Below the pieces are notes generated by a model. It saw only the letters and a list, made by a program, of their open reading frames with translations. It was not told the origin of the DNA and did no database searches. Both the position numbers and the translations under genes were made by a program. Positions 31,417 through 40,478 of a DNA stretch of 64,000 nt are shown one piece after another. This DNA comes from an uncultured Actinomycetota bacterium (GTDB lineage Bacteria > Actinomycetota > Humimicrobiia > Humimicrobiales > Humimicrobiaceae), in assembly GCA_964494385.1 (NCBI GenBank), contig CAZBSE010000002.1, forward strand, positions 1,597-65,596, in the 5' to 3' direction. Each line of letters begins with the position of its first letter. Positions within the stretch are counted from its first letter, which is position 1.

Positions 31417-33042
31417 TTATTTTATTTTTTCAAGCCTTTCTTTCTCGCTTATGGGCCTGTAATTTTCATCTACTGTTAGGTTCTTGCCGTCAATAAACAT
31501 AGTCCTTATGCTTCCCCTGGCCGCTTTTACTCCGCACAAGTGAGGGGCATCCAGCACTCCTGTTTTTATGGCTCTTGAAATTATAGCAGGAGATATCAGC
31601 GGATCGCTGTATCTGCCGTGCTTGTCTAATTTCTTTATCTTATCAATTATCATCAATGCGTCTGCTATCAGCTGCTTTTTCCTTTTCTTTACTTTCTCAT
31701 CCAATTTCATATCCGGACAGCCATATAAATAATTTTCTATAACTTTTCTGGTAATCTTCACACTTTCCATAATATCTTCAGGCTTTGCTGCATGATCCGC
31801 CTCACAATAAGCTACTACATGAACAATATCAGGATCTAACTGCATCTGAAGCATAGTTGAAGAAGCAAGCTGGCCCTTACTGCTGTCAAAATCTGTCGGA
31901 TAACTATATAGCCCTGATCTTGTCTGCCTCAGGGTTATAAAACTTTCATCATGAAGAGATTCTACTAGTTCCACCTTGGCCTCCATTTTCGCCAGATCCA
32001 TGGTGAATGAGGTCTCCGGAGGTGTATTGAACATATATTGCGCGATATAGACCTTTACACCCATCATCTTGGCGTTATGAGCCGCAAGATAAGCAGCAGC
32101 TACTGCCACGGAATCGGGAGAATATCTTAAACTCCAGTGGTGGGATTCATTAACTTCTACCGGTATACCTCTCTCAGCATTCCATTTCATCACTGATTGA
32201 TTCTCGGCAATCGACTGTTCTAATTTCCTTTCACTCCTGTTATCCAACACATTGTACCAGCAGAGCGGAACTGCGCACCATGCATTCTTAATATTATTTA
32301 AAAGAACCTCTGACATTTTTATGATATCATTTGTGCCGCTGTAGCATCTGAGGAGAGGATAATTCCCTCTTCTTGATGCAGTATACAGACTTTTAAAATC
32401 ACTTTCACTCCTGAGAGGAACTCCTCCGGCACCATCCTGTCCGGAATCCATCCTTTCGGGATGAAAAAAAAATTCCTGTGTGTTTTGATCCGGCCCTATA
32501 GATATTACATCAAGTAATTCACTGGAGGCAATTTCTTTGATCCCTTCTATGGTTTCTTTTAAATTTGGCCTTCCGAAATGATGTCTTATTATAGGAAAAG
32601 GTTTACTGTATTTAATTCTTCTTATGAGATTTTTAGGAGGAAACGATCCGTATTTCTTAATTTTTTTCCCGCTCAAATAATTTTCAATTTCCTCTGCGGT
32701 CTCTCTGCCTGTAAATATGACCTTAAAAATTCCCAGCTTTGCGGCAACTTCAGCTACCGGTCCGGTGCACCCCAGAATAAATTCTATTTTCTGTCCGGAA
32801 AGCTTTTTTATTTTTTCTTTTAATTCTTTAAATACCGGAATTGCGCTCTCCGGGGAGAGCCGGTAACTTATGGCTACTATATGCGGCTTAAATTTTTTTA
32901 TCTCTTCACTTAACCTGTCAATACAAACGGCAGAGCCTAAAAACCTGGTACTGTAACCCTTTTTTTGAGCCAGATTTAAAAAATTTAATATACCCGCAAT
33001 ATGGACACAGCTCCCCACGCAGACACCTAAAATTTTCTTCAT
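31417..33042 (-). CDS. Two-domain protein: an N-terminal Rossmann-like B12-binding-type domain (GlmS-like, with GSCVH in place of DxHxxG) plus a roughly 400-aa C-terminal domain weakly resembling glutamate mutase E subunit. Function unknown.
   Basis: The N-terminal 120 aa (KKILGVCVGSCVHIAGI...PHIVAISYRLS...FILGCTG) parallels GlmS/MutS small-subunit architecture. The C-terminal HHWSLRYSPDSVAVAAAYLAAHNAKMMGVKV can be aligned by eye to GlmE [33 protein letters not shown]. The alignment comes from memory and is weak. Confidence 0.4.
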   Translation of the reverse strand: MKKILGVCVGSCVHIAGILNFLNLAQKKGYSTRFLGSAVCIDRLSEEIKKFKPHIVAISYRLSPESAIPVFKELKEKIKKLSGQKIEFILGCTGPVAEVAAKLGIFKVIFTGRETAEEIENYLSGKKIKKYGSFPPKNLIRRIKYSKPFPIIRHHFGRPNLKETIEGIKEIASSELLDVISIGPDQNTQEFFFHPERMDSGQDGAGGVPLRSESDFKSLYTASRRGNYPLLRCYSGTNDIIKMSEVLLNNIKNAWCAVPLCWYNVLDNRSERKLEQSIAENQSVMKWNAERGIPVEVNESHHWSLRYSPDSVAVAAAYLAAHNAKMMGVKVYIAQYMFNTPPETSFTMDLAKMEAKVELVESLHDESFITLRQTRSGLYSYPTDFDSSKGQLASSTMLQMQLDPDIVHVVAYCEADHAAKPEDIMESVKITRKVIENYLYGCPDMKLDEKVKKRKKQLIADALMIIDKIKKLDKHGRYSDPLISPAIISRAIKTGVLDAPHLCGVKAARGSIRTMFIDGKNLTVDENYRPISEKERLEKIK

Positions 33043-33046
33043 AAAT

Positions 33047-34168
33047 TTACACCTGTTTTTTCCCTTTAATCAGTATATTTCTTATCTGATTCAGATTTAA
33101 TCCGTCCAGCCCCAGCCTTGAAAGATTTCTTCCAATCTTCCTGAAATCTTTATTAAATATGGAATCTGCGATGTTAATAAGTGAATTAATTACTGTTGTC
33201 TCTACTCCAAGCGCTTTTCCAAATTCAGAAATAGGCACCAGGCTCATAGGAACATCCTCGGTTATATATCTAATATTTATAGTCCTGGGGGCCATTATCC
33301 CCACATACCCGGGGTTGCTGTGTATGGCATCAAACAGGTTGTCTTCCACTACATTATATGCCATGGATAACCACTCAATAGCGGAATAAATTTTGGCACA
33401 TCTTAACTTTCTGGCAACCATTACTCTTTCCCTATCTACGGAATCCAAAATTTTTGCTACGGATTGAGTAACTCCTTCTATGTAAAACTGGAAATTTCCC
33501 AATGTTGATTCAATCCTGCTTAGATTAAGTATTGTAATTGAAGGATGAAATACCGCGCCCATATTATTAAAGCTGGTTTCAATAACACTTACTGCCGGAA
33601 TAAATTCATGAAATGCCTTGTTTAATTTTCTTACTACCATTTCAGTTTTTCCGGAAGGTATGGCAGCAATAGGTATGGCCTGTTTTATTCTAAAAATTTT
33701 CGCTGTAGCCGGACCCATGCCTCTGCTTGCATATATAAATGTCTGGGCCTCTGCTATAGTAATATTTTTTTGATTACCTTCATTTCTTATAGCATTTAAA
33801 AATTCCAGTGCTCCGCAGGTTCTTCCCGGATTTAAGACTACAATCTGATTTTCATTTAAGAATGGGGCACACCTCTGAGCAATAGAAATATGGCCATTTG
33901 CCGGTATAACAACCATTATTACATCTACGCCATTAATGGCTTTCTCTATATCATTAGTTATTAAATTTAATTTACCGAAACCTTTTACTTCGCCTTCAAG
34001 TTCTATTCCTTTTAGCTTCTTTATAGGCTGGATCCTCGAAAGTGTCCTGTTATATAGGTTAACCGTAAAACCCTTTATTGCCAGATGGGCCGCTATGGCC
34101 TTGCCTCCATGTCCTGCTCCTATAACTGCAAACTTCAAATCATGCATGGAATCTCCCTTCAGTATCAT
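33047..34168 (-). CDS. NAD(P)-dependent opine dehydrogenase family oxidoreductase (octopine/nopaline DH-like)
   Basis: 373 aa with an N-terminal Rossmann GxGxxG (FAVIGAGHGGKAIA) and a C-terminal helical domain typical of the ODH family. Stop and start are 4 bp from the upstream gene, indicating a two-gene operon. Confidence 0.6.
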   Translation of the reverse strand: MILKGDSMHDLKFAVIGAGHGGKAIAAHLAIKGFTVNLYNRTLSRIQPIKKLKGIELEGEVKGFGKLNLITNDIEKAINGVDVIMVVIPANGHISIAQRCAPFLNENQIVVLNPGRTCGALEFLNAIRNEGNQKNITIAEAQTFIYASRGMGPATAKIFRIKQAIPIAAIPSGKTEMVVRKLNKAFHEFIPAVSVIETSFNNMGAVFHPSITILNLSRIESTLGNFQFYIEGVTQSVAKILDSVDRERVMVARKLRCAKIYSAIEWLSMAYNVVEDNLFDAIHSNPGYVGIMAPRTINIRYITEDVPMSLVPISEFGKALGVETTVINSLINIADSIFNKDFRKIGRNLSRLGLDGLNLNQIRNILIKGKKQV

Positions 34169-34175
34169 TATGTAT

Positions 34176-37100
34176 CTATATTTTGTCCCAGCTAATTTTA
34201 TCCTGAAATACTTTCTTCAGATCCTGCTCAAGAGGTAAGCTCAAATTTATCCTAAAGCTGGATGGAAGCTTATAAACTCTCTTAATATCATTGCCGTTTA
34301 CACCTGTAATCTTAAATTCTATTTCATTATAACCAGGATATTTTTTTAATATATTATAAAATCTATTAATAAAATCTTCATCCAAATCTTCCTTTTTTAC
34401 CGTGAAAATTACTTTACTTTCCCTGTCCCCTATAAGTTCACTCTGTTCTTTGTTTGCTTTATTGTTCTTTTCCAGTTTCTCTATTTCACTGGCAAGAATT
34501 TTTATCTGATCCTCTTTTTTATCCAGTTTACCTTTAATTTTTACAATACTGTCTTCAGCAATAATTCCTCTGTATTTTTCCATAACCGAAGGAAATACTA
34601 CTACTTCGACACTGTCGCTGATATCTTCCACATCCATAAAGCACATTTGCTGATCCCTTTTGGTAAATATAGTTTTTACCTTGGTTATAATCCCCCCAAC
34701 AGCAATAATACTCTTATCTTCTACACTGCTCAGGCTTTCCACCGGAGTTAATCTGGAAAATGTATCCTTGTACTCGAATAAAGGGTGCCCCGATATATAT
34801 AATCCCAGAGTTTCTTTCTCGTAATTCAGCAGTTCCTTTTTTGAAAATTCATTAAATTGTTTTTCAGTATAATGAACCCCGTTCAGCAGTATTTTCTCAC
34901 TCTCATCACTACTGGTATCAAACAGTGAAAATTGGCCTATATCCCTGTCTCTTCTTATTTTAAGTACTTCCTCTATGATTTTATCAAAATTTTCTAAAAG
35001 ATATTTACGGCTCTGTCCGGTAGAATCAAATGTTCCGCTCTTTATCAGACCCTCTATTGTCTTTTTATTCAGTACACTGCTGTTAACTCTATGGCAGAAA
35101 TCTATAAAATTTTTAAATTTACCGCCGTTTTTTCTTTCTTCTTCGATACATTCTATAACATTGGTCCCTATATTTTTTATAGCCGAAAGACCAAATCTTA
35201 TTGAATTCTCCACTACGGTAAAATCGGAATAACTTCCGTTAATATCAGGCGGCAGTACGGTTATTCCCATCCTTCTGGTTTCGTTAACATATTGGGCCAC
35301 CTTTTCCTGACTGCCCATTCTGATGCTGAGCAGTGCGGCCATAAATTCCATAGGAAAATTTGCCTTAAGATACGCAGTCTGGTATGAAATCATGGCATAA
35401 GCAGTGCTGTGGGATTTATTAAATCCATACTCTGCGAAATGGTTTACAAGCTCAAATACTTTTACAGCAATCTTTTCATCTATTCCCCTTTTTTTGGCAC
35501 CCTCCAGAAACTTGCTTTTTTGTCTTGAAAGCAAACTTCTTTTTTTCTTGCTGATTGCCCCTCTCAAAATATCGGCTTCTGACATGCTGAAGCCTGCAAG
35601 TTCCGATGCTATGCCCATAACCTGCTCCTGATACAGTATGATCCCATAGGTACTTTTAAGAATCTTTTCAAGGGAAGGATGTAAGTAATTTATATTTTTT
35701 CTTTTATTTTTATTCTCTACAAAATCACTTACCATTCCACTTTGAAGTGGCCCTGGTCTGTATAGGGCCAGAAGAGCTACTAGGTCTTCAAATTTAGTTG
35801 GCTTTAAATTTATAACCAATTCCCTCATGCCCGAACTCTCAAGCTGAAATACACCCAGACATTCGCCATCACCTAATATATCAAATGTTTTCTTATCATC
35901 CAGATTTATATTGTTAATATCTATATCTATATGTTTTGTTTTTTTTATCAAAAATAAGGTTTTATCTATCAACGACAGTGTTTTTAATCCCAGAAAATCC
36001 ATCTTAAGTAATCCTATTTTCTGGATATCCTCCATTTTATATTGAGTTACAATTTCGCCTTCATTCTCTTTCTGTATGGGAGTATAGTTATAAAGATCCT
36101 CCGATGAGATTACCACTCCTGCGGCGTGGATTGAATCCTGCCTGGTTATTCCTTCCAAAGAAATAGCAGTATCGATAACTTCCTTTATTTTCTTATCGTT
36201 TTCATAAACTTCTTTTAAATCAGGTACTATTTCCAATGAATTTCCAATGGTTACATTCAGTTCCATAGGGATCATTTTTGCTATCCTGTCCACATCTGCA
36301 TAAGGCATTTCCATTACCCTGCCCGCATCTCTTATAGCCTGCCTGGCCGCCATGGTCCCAAAAGTAATTAACTGGGCAACTCTCTTTTCCCCGTATTTAT
36401 CGGTTACGTATCTAATAACTTCATCTCTTTTTTCATAACAAAAATCTATATCAATATCAGGCATGCTTTTTCGTTCTTCATTTAGAAATCTTTCAAACAA
36501 AAGGCCGTATTTTAACGGTTCAATATCCGTTATCCCCAGCAAGTATGATACTATGCTGCCCGCTGCTGAACCTCTTCCGGGACCTACCCTTATATTGCTG
36601 TTCTTGGCAAATTTAACAAAATCCCAGACAATCAGAAAATATTCCGAAAATCCCATTTTTTCTATGACTTTCAATTCTTTTTTTATTCTGTTCTTTATCT
36701 CATCTGTTACCTGCGGGTATCTTTCTTTCATCCCTTTATCGCACAGCTCTTTTAGATACCCGTCTGTAGTATAATTTTCAGGTACCTTAAAGGACGGTAT
36801 CAGGTTCATACCAAACTTCAAATTTACGTTACACCTGTCGGCAACTGCCATTGTGTTTTCAACGGCACCGGGAAATCCCTTAAAAATCTCCTTCATCTGA
36901 TCGTAACTCTTGAAATAATATTCATCGTTAGGAAACCTCATGCGGTCGGCTTCATTTATGGTAGAACCTGTTTGAATGCAGAGAAGAACATCATGGGCTT
37001 TGCTATCTTCTTTGTTTAAGTAATGCACATCGTTGGTAGCTACCAGCGGAACATCAAATTCAGAAGATAATTCCGATAAGACTTTGTTCACCTTTTTCTG

Positions 37101-37676
37101 TTCCGGTAGTCCCGAATCCTGCAGCTCAAGAAAAAAATTACTTTTTCCAAAAATATCAAGGTACTCACTTAGAGCTTTTTTTGCCCCTTCTATATTATTG
37201 GAAATAATGTATTTGGGGATCTCTCCGCCAATACATCCGCTTAAGGCAATTATGCCTTCTTTGAATCTTTTAAGCAGCTCTTTGTCCACTCTGGGCTTAT
37301 AATAAAATCCTTCCAGGAACCCCAGGCTCACCAGCCTCATTAAATTTTGATAACCCTGATTATTTTCGGCCAGCAGTACAAGGTGATAAAAAGCCTCTTC
37401 ATTCTTTTCCCTTCCCAGCTGCTTGTCCCATCTGCTGTGCGGGGCCATATATACTTCACAGCCGATTATGGGTTTTATTCCTGCTTTTCTGGCCTGATTA
37501 TAAAATTCAATAATACCATACATAACTCCGTGGTCCGTCAGCGCCAGCGCAGGCATGCCGTAGCTGCAGGCTTTTTCCACTAATTTATTTATCCTTGAGG
37601 CACCATCTAACAAAGAATATTCACTGTGGACATGCAAATGGACAAAGTTGTCATTTTTCATCCTAATAGAATCCAA
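34176..37676 (-). CDS. dnaE: DNA polymerase III alpha subunit
   Basis: 1166 aa with an N-terminal PHP domain (FVHLHVHSEYSLLDG), polymerase core, and OB and tau-binding regions. Confidence 0.95.
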   Translation of the reverse strand: MDSIRMKNDNFVHLHVHSEYSLLDGASRINKLVEKACSYGMPALALTDHGVMYGIIEFYNQARKAGIKPIIGCEVYMAPHSRWDKQLGREKNEEAFYHLVLLAENNQGYQNLMRLVSLGFLEGFYYKPRVDKELLKRFKEGIIALSGCIGGEIPKYIISNNIEGAKKALSEYLDIFGKSNFFLELQDSGLPEQKKVNKVLSELSSEFDVPLVATNDVHYLNKEDSKAHDVLLCIQTGSTINEADRMRFPNDEYYFKSYDQMKEIFKGFPGAVENTMAVADRCNVNLKFGMNLIPSFKVPENYTTDGYLKELCDKGMKERYPQVTDEIKNRIKKELKVIEKMGFSEYFLIVWDFVKFAKNSNIRVGPGRGSAAGSIVSYLLGITDIEPLKYGLLFERFLNEERKSMPDIDIDFCYEKRDEVIRYVTDKYGEKRVAQLITFGTMAARQAIRDAGRVMEMPYADVDRIAKMIPMELNVTIGNSLEIVPDLKEVYENDKKIKEVIDTAISLEGITRQDSIHAAGVVISSEDLYNYTPIQKENEGEIVTQYKMEDIQKIGLLKMDFLGLKTLSLIDKTLFLIKKTKHIDIDINNINLDDKKTFDILGDGECLGVFQLESSGMRELVINLKPTKFEDLVALLALYRPGPLQSGMVSDFVENKNKRKNINYLHPSLEKILKSTYGIILYQEQVMGIASELAGFSMSEADILRGAISKKKRSLLSRQKSKFLEGAKKRGIDEKIAVKVFELVNHFAEYGFNKSHSTAYAMISYQTAYLKANFPMEFMAALLSIRMGSQEKVAQYVNETRRMGITVLPPDINGSYSDFTVVENSIRFGLSAIKNIGTNVIECIEEERKNGGKFKNFIDFCHRVNSSVLNKKTIEGLIKSGTFDSTGQSRKYLLENFDKIIEEVLKIRRDRDIGQFSLFDTSSDESEKILLNGVHYTEKQFNEFSKKELLNYEKETLGLYISGHPLFEYKDTFSRLTPVESLSSVEDKSIIAVGGIITKVKTIFTKRDQQMCFMDVEDISDSVEVVVFPSVMEKYRGIIAEDSIVKIKGKLDKKEDQIKILASEIEKLEKNNKANKEQSELIGDRESKVIFTVKKEDLDEDFINRFYNILKKYPGYNEIEFKITGVNGNDIKRVYKLPSSFRINLSLPLEQDLKKVFQDKISWDKI

Positions 37677-37720
37677 CTATCCTTTTTATCAAGATTTTTC
37701 AGGCTGAATATTTAACCGGC

Positions 37721-39403
37721 TTAAAATACTACCCTATACAGTTCTTCAATAGAAGTTACCCCTTCCGCAACTTTTTTGGCTCCGCTTTCAAGCAGGGTTT
37801 TCATTCCTTCTTTTCTGGCAACGGTATTGATATCATCGGTACTTTTTCTTTCCAGAAGCATCTCTCTAATTTTTTGTGATACCACCATCACAGAAAAAAT
37901 GCCGGTCCTTCCTAAGTAACCGGTATTATTACATCTTTTACATCCGACACTCTTGTAAATTTTTTTCCCCTTCAGTATGGGTCTTATCTCTTCGCTTATA
38001 GATTTTTCCGGTATATCAATTTCTTCCTTACAGTTTTCGCATAATATCCTTACCAGCCTCTGTGCAACTATACCTTTGACCGCAGATGAAATCATGTATG
38101 ATTCAACCCCCATCTCAAGAAGCCTGGTCAGGCTGGACGGGGCATCATTGGTATGCAGAGTTGTCAGGACCAGATGTCCTGTAATAGCCGCTTCTGTGGC
38201 TATTCTTGCAGTCTCCAGATCTCTAATCTCTCCTATTAGAATAATATCAGGATCGCTTCTCAGTATGGCCCTTAAGCCCCTGGAGAAGGTCATATCTATT
38301 TTGGTATTCACCTGAACCTGCATTATCTGAGGGAATCTGTATTCAACAGGATCTTCCACGGTAAAAATCTTTTTTTCAACATCTGCTATCTGGTTAAGAC
38401 TGGCATAAAGGGTAGTTGTCTTTCCCGAACCGGTGGGCCCGGTAATAATAATAGCTCCATGAGGTATGGATATCATTTTTATATATTCCGGAATATTTTC
38501 TTTGGGCATTCCTGAATTCTCAAGGTTAAACACTGATTCATCCCTGTTCAATATCCTGATGGTTATATTTTCTCCAAAAACCGTTGGTATAGAAGCAAGC
38601 CTCAGATCAATTATTCTGTTGCTGGAACTTATCGAGCTTCTGCCGTCCTGCGGCAATCTATTTTCAGTTATATCCATACCGCCCATTATTTTATATCTTG
38701 AAATTAAAAGTCTCTGTACCGTTTTGGGTACATCTTTTATCTTCTGCAGTACGCCGTCAATTCTAAATCTTATGGTACAATTTTTCTCCTGGGGTTCTAC
38801 ATGCACATCACTGGCCCTTAATAATATCGCCTTCAGTATAATTTGATTTGCCAGTCTTACCAGCGGGTTCTTCTCTACTAGCTCTTCTTCAAACTTCTCT
38901 CCTATGGTTAAATCTTCATCTTTTATTATTTCCTGAACCTCTTTCAAACTGTATTCGTCTGAAGTAAAGATTTTTATTGTGTTCTCTATGCTCTTCAAGG
39001 TGCTTAGATAGGGCTTTACATTATAGCCGGTCAGCAGTCTTATTTCATCAATGGCATTTATATCTCTGGGATCGGTCATTGCAACATGCAGGGTATTATC
39101 AACCAGTTTAAAAGGAAATACTTTTCTCTTGGAGGCGAAATCCTTGGATATAAGATTAGGAATGGAAGGATCAATGCTATCCTGTATTTTATTTAAATCC
39201 ACATTTTCAAAACCCCTCTGGAAGGAAATAAGTTCCAGCAGGGTCTCATCAGAAATATAACCTTTCTTTATTAAGATTTCGCCTAATTTTTCACCTGTAT
39301 TTTTTTGGATATTCAGCGCTTCTTCCAGCTGCTCTTTGGTTATAATATTCCTGCTTAAGAGTATTTGACCTATTTTTTCCTTTTTATAATCTACATTAAC
39401 CAT
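37721..39403 (-). CDS. pilB: Type II secretion / type IV pilus assembly ATPase (GspE/PilB family)
   Basis: 560 aa with N-terminal GSPII_E_N repeats, Walker A GPTGSGKTTT, the Asp and His boxes and a tetracysteine CxxC...CxxC. Confidence 0.85.
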   Translation of the reverse strand: MVNVDYKKEKIGQILLSRNIITKEQLEEALNIQKNTGEKLGEILIKKGYISDETLLELISFQRGFENVDLNKIQDSIDPSIPNLISKDFASKRKVFPFKLVDNTLHVAMTDPRDINAIDEIRLLTGYNVKPYLSTLKSIENTIKIFTSDEYSLKEVQEIIKDEDLTIGEKFEEELVEKNPLVRLANQIILKAILLRASDVHVEPQEKNCTIRFRIDGVLQKIKDVPKTVQRLLISRYKIMGGMDITENRLPQDGRSSISSSNRIIDLRLASIPTVFGENITIRILNRDESVFNLENSGMPKENIPEYIKMISIPHGAIIITGPTGSGKTTTLYASLNQIADVEKKIFTVEDPVEYRFPQIMQVQVNTKIDMTFSRGLRAILRSDPDIILIGEIRDLETARIATEAAITGHLVLTTLHTNDAPSSLTRLLEMGVESYMISSAVKGIVAQRLVRILCENCKEEIDIPEKSISEEIRPILKGKKIYKSVGCKRCNNTGYLGRTGIFSVMVVSQKIREMLLERKSTDDINTVARKEGMKTLLESGAKKVAEGVTSIEELYRVVF

Positions 39404-39560
39404 AACTTGTCCTAAAATTTATTATTATTTATCAGTCACTGTAATTATAATATATCTTAGCAAATATTACACATAGCTATTTAAAACATTAAAATATTTT
39501 TTAATAAAACTTTCAAAAGATATATTTACTTACAGCACGATATTATTCTGATTGCTTAAT

Positions 39561-40337
39561 TTATTTCTTTTTAATGATCCTGTTTATTGTTCCGGCTGTA
39601 TAGCCGGCCCCAAACCCATTATCAATATTTACCACTACCACTCCGGGGCTGCAGGAATTTAACATAGTCAGCAGTGGTGAAATCCCTTTAAAACTTGAAC
39701 CATATCCTGCACTGGTCGGCACCCCTATCACGGGGCAGTCGACCATTGAGCTTACCACTCCGGGCAGCGCTCCTTCCATCCCCGCCACTGCTACAATCAC
39801 GTTTGAATTCTTGAGTTCTTCCCTGTAATTTATCAGCCTATGAATCCCCGCAATACCGATATCATAAATTTTCCTGACCTTATTTTTCATAAGATAACCT
39901 GTTATCGCCGCTTCTTCCGCCACACTTATATCAGAAGTACCTGCACATAATACAGTTATTCCTTCGTTCAATTCATTATCCGGAATATCCAGCGGCGTAT
40001 AAATAATATCCGACTCAAATTTAAATTCCCTTCCGTTAATTTCTTTCCTGATCAGATTATAAGTTTTAATATTGGTTCTGGTTACCATAAGTATAGATGA
40101 ATAATTCAGTATCTTTTTTGCTATCTCCAGAATCTGCTGAGGATTCTTACCAGCTCCGTATACAACTTCCGGGAAACCCCTTCTGAGAAGGCGGTGGTGG
40201 TCTATTTTTGCAAATCCTATATCTTCAAAATAAATCTCTTTAATCTTAGATATTGCTTCTTCTTTACTTATTTTCTCGTGCCTATAATTTTCGAACAGTT
40301 CTTCTATTATATTATTTATTTCTTCTCTCATATTCAT
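39561..40337 (-). CDS. larB: LarB-type PurE-like protein (nickel-pincer nucleotide cofactor biosynthesis carboxylase/hydrolase family)
   Basis: 258 aa with a C-terminal PurE-like VIAVAGMEGALPGVV...VIGVPTS. The LarB family is about 250 aa. No larC or larE is adjacent. Confidence 0.65.
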   Translation of the reverse strand: MNMREEINNIIEELFENYRHEKISKEEAISKIKEIYFEDIGFAKIDHHRLLRRGFPEVVYGAGKNPQQILEIAKKILNYSSILMVTRTNIKTYNLIRKEINGREFKFESDIIYTPLDIPDNELNEGITVLCAGTSDISVAEEAAITGYLMKNKVRKIYDIGIAGIHRLINYREELKNSNVIVAVAGMEGALPGVVSSMVDCPVIGVPTSAGYGSSFKGISPLLTMLNSCSPGVVVVNIDNGFGAGYTAGTINRIIKKK

Positions 40338-40412
40338 AAAAATACCATAAATACAATTATTTTAAAGCTAAACTTCAAAATCTACCTTAAAGCATAACCG
40401 GAGCAGTCAAAT

Positions 40413-40449
40413 AAAAATACACGCATGTCTTTCACATGCGTGTATTTTT
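40413..40449. terminator. Strong bidirectional rho-independent terminator: 15-bp perfect stem AAAAATACACGCATG/CATGCGTGTATTTTT around a 7-nt loop, flanked by A and T runs
   Basis: Read from the sequence, 30 bp downstream of the hppA stop. Confidence 0.75.
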
Positions 40450-40478
40450 TAAAAACTTAGTTATTTTAAAACAGCTGT

